Of a stretch of 61,267 bases of DNA, positions 12,898 to 25,830 are shown piece after piece. The notes below the pieces were generated by a model, which did no database searches, was not told where the DNA came from, and was given only the letters and a program-made list of their open reading frames with translations. This DNA is from Hydrolagus affinis (lineage: Eukaryota): NCBI GenBank assembly GCA_012026655.1, contig JAAILG010001832.1:1-61267 (forward strand), written 5' to 3'. The position numbers and the translations under genes were made by a program. Numbering within the stretch: position 1 is the first letter of the stretch; the number at the start of each line of letters is the position of its first letter.

Positions 12898-14723
12898 GAC
12901 AAATGAGGTAGTGATGCTCACTGTGGGCTTGTTGCGTGTCCTCTCCAAACCATTGCATTATCGGTGGCCAAACTTTCCAACAGCCTCCCTCAATCATTCA
13001 GTCTTCCAAGTCACACCGTAAAATATATCTATTCGACCATGTCTCTGGACATTCTCCCCCTTTCTCCTGCTTTAAGACATTATTCTGCATGAAGAGCACA
13101 ATATAAATTCATTTTGGTATTGTTGAAATTGCACAAGGAACTCAGCACGTCTGTGTGTGTGTGTGTGTGTGTTTGTTTGTGAGTCAAAAGACCATTCACT
13201 TTGGCACTAAGTCATTTTGTGGGTCCTGCATATTCCCAAACAAGTCTGAAGTTTACTGAGAGAAAACTTTGTCAATGCAGGGACTGATGTATTCGACTCT
13301 CATTGAAAGGCTTTGCATTTCTAGCTGGCCTCAGAGCTACATGTCCATTTCTTCTTTCATATTACAATGTTTACTAAGTCAGTTGGGATTGCAACTGTAT
13401 TGAGTGAGATGTATAGACAACTCTTTCTAGGCATATGATTGTGGAGTGAAAATGTGACATTGTCCACCACACAGTTGGGTAATAATTGACAGTAGAAAAT
13501 AATGGTTTTGTTTTTTATTCTAAATATCAAGATGATTTCCCATTATTTGTATATACTGTACACTTATGCTGGACACTGATGTTGGGAGATGTATTTGAAG
13601 CAGTGAGCTGTGTCATGGAATGGTGGAATATAGGTAGTAACACTTGATTTTATGCTCGGTGTTTCTGATCTCATTCAGGCTTTGTGAGAGAGTTGCTGAC
13701 CTCAGTGCAAAAACATGAAGATACCTGGTGAAAGCAGATGCTTTATTCAACCATGTGTGTTTGGGGTGCGGGGTGGGGGGTGGGGGGGGGTCATGAAGCA
13801 GAAATTGTATTAAAAATTGGGAAAGAGGTAAAAGGGTCAGCATCACAGAACTAAGTTGCAAAACTCCCAATCTTGTACCTCCAATATTTGGGACCTAATA
13901 AAGAGGAGACATCCTCTCTGCCATCACTAACTGTTCACTTAATGCCTAGTGGCTGTCCATATATCAATTGAAACAGACATCACAGTTTTTGTTGGTTAAC
14001 CCAATAGTCAGCAATGTGAAACAACATCAACAATAACATTACACATATAGAGCTAGAATGATAGACCAACAGTGGCAAATATTTAAGGATGTAATATAGA
14101 ATTCACTGAGGTTGCATATTCCCCTGTGGAATAAAAAGAGCGTCTTTCACGTCGGGAGGACGTCCCTTGAAATTGAAAGTGGCATGCTGGTTCAAGCAAG
14201 GTTCAGTGCACTTTAAGTCCTGTCCCTATTCAAAGCTTCTGTTCCCTCTCTTTATATCGGATGAAGAATTAAAAACCATGTTGGTCTATGGTTTATTGTC
14301 TACTCATTATTTTTTTTCCCATCCACTTTCCCCTGCAGTTCTGAAGGCATTTACACTTACTAGGGCCAGCTCCATATGGCACACCAGTTCTATCAGGTCA
14401 ACTTTCTCAGCCAGATTGAATCTGAGACCCTGATAGTTTCATACTAGGCAGCAACTTTACCAAGTGTGAGTTTGCATAAATTGATGCAGACTAAATGCGG
14501 GAAGTGAAATGAAAGTATTGCTGTCCAGGTTGCTAAGATAGTTGCTAAGCTCCAGGTTGAAATTTGTGTTTCCTGTAACTGTTTACACAGCCTAGCCATT
14601 TTGGGAGAAGATAAAATCTGAACGGAATTCTGATTTTAGCAAGACCTTGTCGATAGTGTTACCCTTTCACACCACAGAGACTTCCCGAGCAGTCAGTGAA
14701 CCCTTCACCTTATTCACTTAGAC

Positions 14724-14912
14724 CTGTGGTCGCCAACCTTTATGGTCGGCCAACAAATATATTTTTCTTCATTTAATTTTTTTTCATTTATGGCAAATCC
14801 ATTGGTATTGCAGCTCGCTAGCTACTGGAACTTTGGCACAGACTTACGTGGTTTGGGGAGGGTGTATGTTGGGCTACTTCTTCACGCTCCATGAATGATT
14901 GGAGACCCCCTG
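14724..14912. mobile_element. Putative old hAT-Charlie-type MITE (~189 bp)
   Basis: Left end CTGTGGTCGCCAACC; right end reverse complement CAGGGGGTCTCCAATC; flanks CTTAGAC/ATTAAAC resemble a decayed TSD. Confidence 0.4.
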
Positions 14913-16077
14913 ATTAAACATGGAGATAGTCAGTTGAAATACTGTAAATAAAGGAATGGACAACGAAACTGGACACTTGAGTTGTGGATTGGATCTCAGC
15001 CAGTAGAATGCTGAGCTATGCGAATCTTGCAGGTCAAGAAGGGTTCAATCCTTTTTCTGCGCTGAGGTATCTCATCTCAAGCCAAAGCAATGATGGGTCG
15101 AGTGATCCTAGCTGTACAAGCAGCAGGAAAGCTTGCCAGACAGTGCTTTCAATGGGAAGCTATGCGGTTATAGCTGATTGGACTCTGACATTACCCCAAC
15201 ACTTATCCTGCTGTTCCCAAGCCTTGGCTCTTGCCAACCAATCTCAGAAATTTCAATGTATAAGTAGGATGCAAGGACCTCTCAGATTAGTTTGGATACG
15301 CTCAAGCATGGCGATAGCTTTCTGCATTCATCCAGCACACATTTGACCAAACAAAATCCTTCAAGAGTGTAGCAAAGAGGAGAAAAATTAAGAATGAGGA
15401 AATCAGATAGCAGCTTTTATTGCAAATAAGGTGGGTGGGGAGGGGGGGGGGGGGGCGTGGGAGGGTGGTGGTAGGGGGGTGGTTCGGGAAAGATGTGCTA
15501 ATCTAATGGAGGTGTATGACCATGACTATAATCCAGCTCTTCTGTTTTTGAGCAGCTTTGATGTTGTAATATAAAGAACTACTATTCATGGAGATTGATG
15601 CATTTGTAAAGTGTATATTATGCAGAGTAATAGCATTCATGTTGATCTAAATTGCTTAATTGTGATCTGTTTATTTAGATCCTTTATCCCTGCTTCGTCC
15701 ATAATTATTCAAACTGAAGTATTATTTGTAATTAGCATATGGTCAGAGCCTTTATCTGTCTCACTTCTGCCATTTTAATGTTTGTTTATGTCTTTATTAC
15801 CATCCACTCCCACTCCCCAGCAAAGGTGATGACTTACACTGGGCTATTGTACCACTGTCACCCTACCCCACTGCACACCTTACTAAGTGGCTATTTCTCA
15901 TGCAGCAGACTAGCTAGTGATACTTAGCAGGTTATTTAAGCACAACCGTCATTGCAAGCGTAACCCTTGGTACATCACAGAATCCAAAAAGAACTGAAAA
16001 AGATCTTTTTGGTAAATGGAGATAGGGTACACGTGGCAACTCAAGGCGACCCTGGTCCAAACTTAGATTGGGTTGGA

Positions 16078-16222
16078 GCAACAACAACAACTTTGATTTA
16101 CATAGCGCCCTCCACGCCGGACAGCGTCTCAGATAACGGATAACGGGGGCCAGCCAGGCGGGGACAGGGGGAGAAAGGTGACCAAAGGCACGGTCGAAAT
16201 GAAAGGTCCTTAGCTGAGTTCC
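16078..16222 (-). mobile_element. L2 3' end fragment
   Basis: (CAA)n followed by TTTACATAGCGCC; minus-strand reading TFHFDRAFGHL. Confidence 0.75.
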
Positions 16223-17065
16223 CAAGCATACATTATGTACTTCCTGGATTTCTTAAATAACGCAAAACTCAACCTCGCCATTTTTAACACTGTTAGATGG
16301 GCAAGGATACCCCCACACTACACAAACCGATCCTCCTTTTGCTTAGTGTTCTTCGAGTGATGCTATTTTTTTTCCTGCTTGTACTGTAAGTTTATCTGAG
16401 TGGTACACGTGAACTGCCACACAATGATTCTCTAATAAGATTTCTAGTTCCAACCTCCCCCATCACAAATGCCATGGAGCCATTACCAGTTGGGTGAAGA
16501 CTTGCAGGGAGTGCTTTGTCCCAGGTACACACACTGTTATAAATTAGTGCAGGAATCCAGACAGATTTGTTTTCACTCTTTCCTCCTCATTCAAGAAGCT
16601 GTGATACAAACTGTAGCACCTTCACACTCACCTTTCAATCGAGAGTAGCTAATACTAGACAGAATCTGAGTGACTTGGCATACTGACATATATTGAACGC
16701 ACTGAGATATTGGGGCAAATGTTACAAGAAACAAGATTTTAAAGGGAAACTGGCAATATTTAATGGCTACTGCATTGAAAATGTACATAAAGCTCATTGA
16801 TATCTTGCTCTGGGTAAACCTGCAATCACCCTTTAATCCTTTGTACTACATGTAAATGTAACAAAGCTATTTAAAGACCTTTGAGAATACAAATAATTTA
16901 CGTTCTTGCTTTCCATAAATCGGATTAATAATTCTCCACCAGTTCCGTAGAGTTTGAGCACAAGATAGCTATAATACTTCTTGCATTTAGTTTGGCAAGA
17001 AAACTTAACGCAAGTCAGGAGGATGTCCCAAAGCGCTTCATACAGGATTTGTTGTAAAGTGGAGT

Positions 17066-17101
<36 letters not shown>

Positions 17102-18499
17102 TTATATGAGAGATTAGTGAAAAACTAAAGAATCAGACAAGGTGTCTGAGCACCAACAATTCTCTTGCTTTCACAAATATTTCAGTAGCATTTAAAGAAA
17201 AAAATTAACAGCAAGAATTATCAATTGAAAATGGTTCATGCCAAAATGTAGTTTTTCTCGCCTTTTCTAAATGAGTTACATTTATTCAGTCTTTCAGAAC
17301 AAATAACACTGTGCATAAAAATGCAAAACTTGGTTTGCTCTATTGCAGGATTAGTTACAAAAGAATCACAATTAAGCAATTCAGATCTTAATGCTGTGCC
17401 TTTATGTCGAAATCCTCAGCTGCGCTTGTAATGTTACTTTCAGAATTAGAATTATCTTCCCACTGTGCGGTGAATGTGGTCTGCAAAGTGCTCAAGGCTG
17501 CTGTGTGGTCAGCCTTTCACATAGGTCCCCTCCCCCCATCGGGTGTGTGCCCTATATATTAAAACATAATACCAATTAGTACAAGTGCAGGACAATATGT
17601 TAGCCTCAATCTATTGGAAAGGCTGTTCTGTTATGCAGAGGGACATTAAGCCTCCTGGTAATATTGTCGATGTCTTTTTAATGAAATCACATAAAACTAT
17701 CAACTACATTTGCTGGCGTGGAACAAATATAGCCTTGTGCGTATCTTATCTTTGCAGTCCAGGGATCTGTCCACACACCACTGTTCTGTGCTCTGTGATA
17801 ATGTCAGGAAGCTGGAGGCTTCCGGCGTTAGAAGTTTTGTGGATCCGTCTGTCGGAGGCAGTTGTGGTCAAGTAGGAAGGTTCTGTTTCTCACAAATGAG
17901 CTCGGACGATCATACAACCAAAACAAAAAAAATTACAATTATAAATGACAAAAGACCTGCAGTGTGTAAGGAAGATAGTCAAACGAATTCCTGGCAATGA
18001 GCTGGGTAAGGATGGCTTCAGGACAAGCCAGCACAAGATGACCGCTGAAGTCTTGACACAAATGCTCACTCAATTTCCCCTTAATTGTCAGTCAGGATGG
18101 CAAATGTCTGACTAGAAAGGCAGGCTCTATTTCAGACTTGAGCTGCTTTCGTTGTACAGTCTTAGGAGCTGTGCCACGCATTTCAAACCTTCCTGTGTAC
18201 TGCTCTTGGGGAAGGCCTTGCCCATGACACTAAAGCTACAGTGGGATGAGGTTAAGGAGATTTTTTTTACACACACACACGCACTGAAGTTGCCTTGCCA
18301 AAAAAGCGTTGGTTCTTAAAAAAGAATCGGATCCATTTTTTAAAAGAAAAATATGGAAGCATTTGGAGCTTCAATGGGCTGAATAGTTGTGTAATATGTT
18401 AGCAGTCTATGAGTTGAGATACATTATTATCTATGTATTGGCCCCTGGTCTGGTGTGGGACATGTAAAGCCAGGTGCCTCCAGCCAGGTGGAATGGGAC

Positions 18500-18670
18500 A
18501 ATGACTTGGGTCAAATCAGATACTGTAGATGCATTCAAGGGGAGGCTAGATTTTTACATGATTGGGGTTGGGGAATGGTATGAGTGGGAGTAAGGAATGG
18601 GGAGAGACTTGTGTGGAGTATAAATACAGGCACAGATTAATTGGGTTGAGTGGCCTATTTCTGTGCTGTT
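18500..18670 (+). mobile_element. CR1 3' end remnant
   Basis: GATGCATTCAAGGGGAGGCTAGAT...TGGGTTGAGTGGCCTATTTCTGTGCTG. Confidence 0.6.
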
Positions 18671-19778
18671 CTTTGTAAGTGCAGGACAAGTAGAGCGTGA
18701 CTAAGGAGGGGGAGCAAATTGCAAGTTTTTCTGTGTCCTTGGAGTTATGGTGGCCATCTTTGTTTGGTCACCAGAGAGTTGATGTGTTGAGGCACAAGTA
18801 AACATTTTACCCCATCTGACCTGTCCAAATCTTTCACTGCCACAGGGAAAGTTATAGGCTTAGACACACAGCCGCAAGCACTCACTAGCAAACAACCTTT
18901 TACGGACATTCAGCAGCATCCATTCAAAGCATTATAAATATTCTTCGAACCACGTCAATAAACATGATTTTCAAAACAGCACGCTTTACAGAAATAGATT
19001 GTAGGCTAACCTCCTCCACCCAGGAACCTATAGGATGCGAACGAACACCAGTGGTAGGTTGTTTGATGGTTTAAAAAAAACACTTTAGGAAACTAGCTCC
19101 TGAATCGAGGTTGAATTTTTGAGAAATTTTCAAAAAACCCTGCACAATCTTAACTGCCCAGATCAATTAGTACAGCACTGACCAGGAGTCAAACCCAAGA
19201 TATTCTGGGTCCCTGTGGCTCAGCTGTGGCTTTGCAGACTGACAACTCCCAACAAATTACATTGATATAACACCTTTCCCATTTGAAAGACGTCCCAAGG
19301 CACTCCACTCCGACTCAGCCTGGCAGATATATATTTTCATGTGTATTTTGAGAGAACCACAGAAGGATAGAGAGGTGTCCATTTGTAGGTATCTAGTTGG
19401 CGAAAGATAATCCCAGAATGTAGAGTAGCTTGTAAATGTATCAAAAATATATTAATACACTTGAGTTTAAAATGACGCTTGGAAGAATTATCATATTTTG
19501 AATGAACCACCAAAGATTAAAAGCCAGTATGAAAATAACAATAGTTTGCACTTCAACTCATTTTAGTAATCCTCAAGGGAAGAATAAGCAAAGGCCCATA
19601 TTCCTGCAATTGCTTTTGAATCGCGGGGCTATTTTACCAGCTATGACTTAACAGGTGTCACTATATGTGTGCTTCTCTCTGTGTTGGGAAGGGAACACCA
19701 GCAAAATGGCATCAAAAGATCACCATTGTAGAAAGGAAATATCAGACACCTTTTCCACAGTTATATGTGTTGTGTTGT

Positions 19779-19882
19779 AAACTTGGGTCTTGTTACACGT
19801 GTAACGAGAGTCAACACCACTCATGTACATGTGCTATGGTGCTTGTGTTTTGCTGACTTACATCACATGTATAACAAAAGAC
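19779..19882. repeat. 104-bp fold-back unit, copy 1
   Basis: Direct repeat of 20456-20559 (7 substitutions by eye); internally an inverted repeat. Confidence 0.9.
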
Positions 19883-20455
19883 ACAAGCTTTTTTTTACGG
19901 CCAGCTGGGTGTTTGACACATGTGGAAACCCATCACCATGCTTGAGTATCCAAACTAAACACCAAGCTCCATGCATCACACCCTAAATATGGAAATTTCA
20001 GAGAGGTTGATCAGAATTGCATACAAGCTCTCCTAGGAGGCACGCATCCTTCTCACCTAATTCCAAGCCCCAGAGTGTGTGTTTAGCTGGTCTAACCTGC
20101 AGGATTAATAGGAGTTGAGTGGGATGACTCCTTGTCCCCAGACCTACCGATGAGTTAAGTTAGCTGTGCTGCCATCAACACTGCACTGTAGTACTGCAGA
20201 CCCATTGAGCTTAGGAACTAGACTGCCAACACTGCCACATTAGCGCCACAAATTTAATGTACTATTTAATTTATTTTTTCTTAATTCGTGTTCGGGGGCC
20301 AGACTTCTGCCACCCGTTAGAATCAACCCGGTAGAATCAAGGAGCAGGTCAAATGTTGAGGAAAATTGAAAGACTCACAGTTTGAATTTTTGAGGGTAGC
20401 CTATAATTTATTTTGGCTCATCAGGTCATCATATATTTGCGGTGTGTGCTGAGTG

Positions 20456-20559
20456 AAACTTGGGTCTTGTTACACCTGTGATGTGAGTCAACACCACACG
20501 TGTACATGTGCTATGGCGCTTGTGTTTTGCTGACTTACATCACATGTATAACAAAAGAC
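20456..20559. repeat. 104-bp fold-back unit, copy 2 (better-paired hairpin)
   Basis: 5' arm GTCTTGTTACACCTGTGATGTGAGTCAACACCACAC versus reverse complement of the 3' arm GTCTTTTGTTATACATGTGATGTAAGTCAGCAAAACAC. Confidence 0.9.
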
Positions 20560-22767
20560 TCGAGCTTTACTTTGCCCTCGCACCACAGTCCGACTATCAA
20601 TCTGCTCTATCCCTATTCAGTGGGTGTTGGACTGAGTTTAGCCTGGATCCATATCGTGGAGGGGGAGTTGAGTATGTTATTTCAATTCAGTTCCCTATGT
20701 AACACGAAGCTCTGCTGTATAGTGCAACCTCCCTCCCCACTTGTGGAGGGTATGGAAACAGTGGTGTGGGCGGAAGAGGAAAATTCAATGACCCAAAGCA
20801 GCAGCTCTTTTCCTGTGCTCAGCAAACAGCTGTGACATTTCATCAGCACTTGTCTGTGCTGTGCACAAGTCTTGCATCTCTATCTGAACGACCAAATTTT
20901 CCACTGTCCTTGGGTGTGTGCGACTTCCACTCACTCCTGCGTGAGCAAGAAACAAAGAGCCTTGAAAAGGTTTTGGCCGAGAGCTGGGTTTGTTGAGGGT
21001 GGGTGTGACCAAGCCTTAAAGTTGAAACACTGACAATTACAAAGTGGGTTTTTTTTTCCAATTGTGGACTGATAAACTTTCTTAAACTTTCCCCCACTTC
21101 AGAATTTTCAAAATCTGGGGGAGATAACATGAGAACTGTAGACAGAAAGAATAAAACGTTTAAGTAATGCCATTGACCTTGACGTCTGAGTCTTTAGTTA
21201 CTGTAGATCTTTTAGTGGGAATGTCTTATCAACATTGAATGGTCTACTCTTCATCCACTTGTTTCTAATGATTAAAACACTATAGGTAGATAGGGTTCAT
21301 ATCTTCCCACGTGCTTTAAACTCCTTTTTCTTTAACATTTGTTTCCATTGACAGTATGCCAGTGCATTTGCCTACAAAATACAACAATCACTAACCACTG
21401 GGTTGGGGTAAGAAGAAAAAATCAAATGTTATTTGCTACACCATTACCTGACAAAGAGAATTCAAAAATAAACGTATAATGGGACCAGCTAAGAAAGCAG
21501 CTGTCCCAGCTTCCTGTTTGTTTCCGAGCATGTTGTCAGAGACACACGGCATTTTGTCAGTCATTTGGGTTGTTTGTTGAATACTGTAGAAGAGTTTTGG
21601 GAATTTCCAACAAGACCACACTGCCAGAGGGAGGAGTGCGTGTGCGCGTGTTGTATGTGTGCATGAAGCTTTCACTGATTCTTGTTCTCAATCAAACTGT
21701 CCCTATACTGTTACTTGGTCGGGGGAAGTCCAGTAAACCATGAACATGCTTTTTAAAAACCCTTTCATTCATTTTGTACTGTATGAAAGGAGCTGTTGAG
21801 TCAGCCCTCGTGGGATTTTCCCAGTAAGCCACGGAAAGGTACTCGCGTAAGTTACAGTGTAATCACCCAATTACACTGAGACACCATCGAGTGAGTGAAA
21901 GAGCTTGTGGGTGTGCAATTGGGTTTTGCTGGTCATGGGCTGGAAATGATTCTGACGCATACAGGTTGAGAAAAACTGCAGATGAGGTGGTGTCTGCGAC
22001 TGGTGGTGGAGACTGTACATTTAGTATTTCCCATTTACAATCGGTGCCTGAGATTAGAGTAAGTAAGAGTTGTAGCAGGAAAAACATATACCGTAATCAC
22101 TTCAAAGGGTCTCAAAGCAGTTTGGATTAATTATTGTAAAAGTAGTGACTTTTTTTTGTAGACAAATGTCTGGAGTCATTTTGCGCCTTGCAATGTTCCA
22201 CTCACCATCATGAGGCAAAAACTCTTAATTGTATTGGAGAATCTTTAACCAGGGCATAAGGAGAGACTCCCTTCTCTATTCAAACAGTGTCCAGATGAAG
22301 TACAGGCAGACAGGATCTTGGTTTTATATAGTGATCCTTACATTTAATATAGCACCTTATGTCATCAAGGCATCTGTGTATTTGTAGGCAAACACAGCAG
22401 CCAATTTGCCTAGAGCATTATCCCATAAACAGCCATGAAGTGAGTGATTAATTTAATCTGAGGGATTGTCGGCCAGGACAGTGGAAGAAACTCATCTCTT
22501 TTTGAATAATGCCATGGGATCTTTTAACATCCACCTGAAAACAGATGGGACCTCAGTTTAATGTCTAATCTAAAGGACGACATCTCCAACACTTCACTTG
22601 TTTCCCTGAACTCCGCCAAGCTGTAATTGTACAGCACACACACACAAACATATATACATAGTTCACAGATGTGGTTGGAGTGCAGTTGTTTGCTAGAGGT
22701 CTCAACTAAACATAAGTGTTGCTGTGGGTGTCTAGAGAATGTCATGTTCTCACAGTCTCTGCTGAAG

Positions 22768-23080
22768 AATAATAAATAATAATCCTTGCATTTGATAAGA
22801 GTACTTTTTCATGTCTTCTAGACATTTCAAAGCTCTTCATAGAATATTCTGTGAAGTGAATTGACTGCATATTTGGGGGTGAAACGCGGCAGCCATTTGT
22901 GCACGGCAGCGTCTCACAAACAGTCATGGATTGAGTGACCAAATTATTATTTATTTTTTCCTTGAGGGATTATTATTAGACATGGTGGAGTAAGGGAACT
23001 TGCCCGAGGTTTCGCCCTGCCAAGAATCGAACCCGGGTCTCTCGAGGCGGGTGCTCTAACCACTGAGCTACATGACTCCA
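22768..23080 (-). mobile_element. Full-length tRNA-Deu SINE
   Basis: Same head, core and tail as 1343-1684. Confidence 0.88.
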
Positions 23081-23459
23081 ATGAATGTTGATTTCATTTT
23101 TCTGATCAGTATGCGCCTTTCAATCAATCAATGAAAACTTACATTTATATAGCGCCTTTCACGTCGAGGGGACTTTCATCTGGACTGCTGCTATCTTCAA
23201 CATTAGGAAGCCACCCAACTCACTAACAGCACTCTACACAATGATACCTTGGTGTTCACTTTCTTCCCCAATGACTCCTGCGACAAAAGTCCTTCCTGAT
23301 CACTACCATCACCCCAAGTGATGTGACTGATTGTCGTAGTGTTGTAAAATCCACGCAGAGCTCGCACTGAAGAGCGATTTAAGAATTTTGGGCCCTGTTC
23401 AAATGCCACGGCATAAAGATCCTACTGTTCATTTGGTACAGACTCTGCCCAATGTGGAA

Positions 23460-23675
23460 CTAAGCCATAAAGGCTAGGGTGGGCCGGCCATGGTTTCACT
23501 CTCGGGCTGAATTAGCTGATCTCCTCTGGGCTGTCAGTGGGTGGCGCTATAGTTGGACTAGGGATGGGGGGGGTAGAAAATATCAGTGGTGGTTTCCATC
23601 TCCTGATTGTGACTCAGTGACCATCCTGGAAAGTGAGTGTGCATGGATGGTGTGTGAGGAGAGGCTCGGGCTCTT
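23460..23675 (+). mobile_element. Ancient SINE-like family 2 (diverged copies also at ~15000-15350 +, 33240-33400 -, 60020-60240 -)
   Basis: Shared motifs GCTGAATTAGCTGATCTC...GGCGCTATAGTTGG...CTCCTGATT...CAGTGACC..CTGGAAAGTG; reverse complement recognisable at 60020-60240. Confidence 0.55.
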
Positions 23676-25589
23676 GTTTTGATTCCTCTTTCTCTCCTCC
23701 CCTCCACCACCTGCCCCCATTCCCACTTCATTGTCACACAGACTGCTGACATTCACTGTCCAGCTCACATCCACAGAATACTGTCACCAGCTTTAGGAGA
23801 GGAGAGGCAAACCAATTTATTGTTGGTTACAGAGCAGTCCACATTCTAAGCTCAGGCTGTGTTTGAAAACCACCTGGTTCTGTTTGGCCACACAGACTGC
23901 TTTCAGAATTTCAAACTTGTAAAACTTGTTTTTGGAATGAAAAATTTACAACAGTAGGAGGCCATTCTACCCTTTATGTCTATGTGGCTCCTTGTAAGAG
24001 ATATCTGTTTATTGCCATTCTCTTGGGTCATTCCCATACACTTTTACATTTCTTTAGCACTGGCTGTCTGCCCAATTTGTTTCTTATATGCAGTATGACC
24101 TTGACATACTCTGGTCAACTCTATACAGATTAGTGATCAGGTAACAGATGGTACTGAATTCAAAATGAGTCAAGAATCATGCTCAGGATTTGCCTTGTGC
24201 TGAAACATTTACTGGTGTTTATTACAGATTCACATTGCACTTATAACATCAGAAAGGACTTGTTTTTAATCCTATTGCACTTTAATTTCTTTGCTTTGTC
24301 CTCTGCAACAGAAAACAATCTTCCATTGTCCCCAAAGCTTTATGTCCTTTTATCCCCTTAATATTCTACCATCTTCCTGCCCTGAAAGCACCAATCCATT
24401 TGTTTCACAGACATTGCTTGCTCTTTAGTATCACTCAAATCTTTAAGTGTGAGCCCAGACAGTGAGGGCTATGGCTATTTGACAGTGGGAGACACTGCGG
24501 GCAAACACACTAGGTAAAGTCCACACAAACACTCCGCCAGTGGCACTTACTTTAGGTTTTTGTTTTCACTTTGCTTTAAAGATCAGGAGAGGCTGCCTTT
24601 TGGAAATGAGATACTGTGTGAATCTTCGAGCTTTAAGCTGTTCAGGTTGCATGCTCAAGCTTTCATTGTATGTTAAGCAGTGTTAAATGTAAGATAAAGG
24701 GTTAACATGAAAACTAAATGCGCTGGTGTTGTTTTCAAATAAGGATCCTCTGAGCATTTATGAAAGGCGGATAAGAGCTGATTGACCTGCAGAGGGCTAA
24801 GCACTGAAGGTCTCTCAATCGAAGTGAAACTTGCATATGGCTGGGGTCAGCCAGACACTGATTTGATTTATTCATGCCATGACTCCAGCCAGCTGGAATG
24901 CTCCAACCCATTCACATTTCCTTGTCCTCCATCGATCAGAGCTACAGCCTCCCTTTCCAATTGGGAGGGGCCCACTACAGTCCAAAGGCATTTCATTCTC
25001 CTTTCCGAAGGATGGGAAATCCTCAGAATTGTAATTCAACCAAGACATTCAGGAAAATCCATGAGGACATTGTGCGAAACTCAGAGCTGCGGTTAAACTA
25101 TAGGAAAAAAACTATTTTAAATGAAACTTCTCATGAATAGAAACCTTACGATTACTAGGCCGAATATTAGATTTGTGAGTTGATTTCTCTCTCCTGGTAA
25201 AATACATTTGGTACGCATATCCCCAAGTGGTATATTCTCTTATCACAGTATCAGACAGGAGGGTCAAATGTCACAGGTCCCTAGCTCCATTCATTTTTCT
25301 GTTATGAAATACAGTAAACATTCAATAATAATCCACCTTGCATTTGACGCAGCAATTTTATCACATTTTGAGATGTCTCAAAGCTCTTCGCATAACCTGG
25401 CGAGTGACTGTGTATTTTGTGGGCAAAATGCATCTGCCAGTTGCACAAGGGAATATCCCACAAACATTGTCGTTTTATTCAGGAATTGTTGGCGAGGACA
25501 CCAGGAGAAATTCCCTTCTTTTAGACAGAATATACTATAGAGTGAATTGACTGTATATTTGTGGGCAGCCAATTGCGCACAGCAATTAC

Positions 25590-25830
25590 TTAGCGCCTTT
25601 CTCATTGGGAGGATGTATTCAAGGCGCTTGACAGGGTGACTTGCCACCTAAGCTGAGGGTGGGAGACAAGTGGGGTGGGGAGGGAAAAGATGACCAAAGG
25701 TGTGGACGCACAGGAAGGTCTTGAAACACACCTTCAAAGAGGTGAGGGAGGGAATGAGTGGGAGGGACTCGGGAAAGAGGTTCCAGAGAGAAGGGTGACT
25801 TCTAATAGTGAGGTGGGTAGAGTAGGAGCC
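25590..25830 (-). mobile_element. L2 3' fragment
   Basis: Minus reading LWNLFPESLPL...SLKVCFKTFL...TFGHL; AGCGCCTTTCTCATTGGGAGGATG tail. Confidence 0.7.

Noticed and set aside
19779-20559. LTR pair of a TRIM/LTR retroelement
   Set aside because: No TG...CA termini, primer-binding site, polypurine tract or TSD seen; the units are fold-backs
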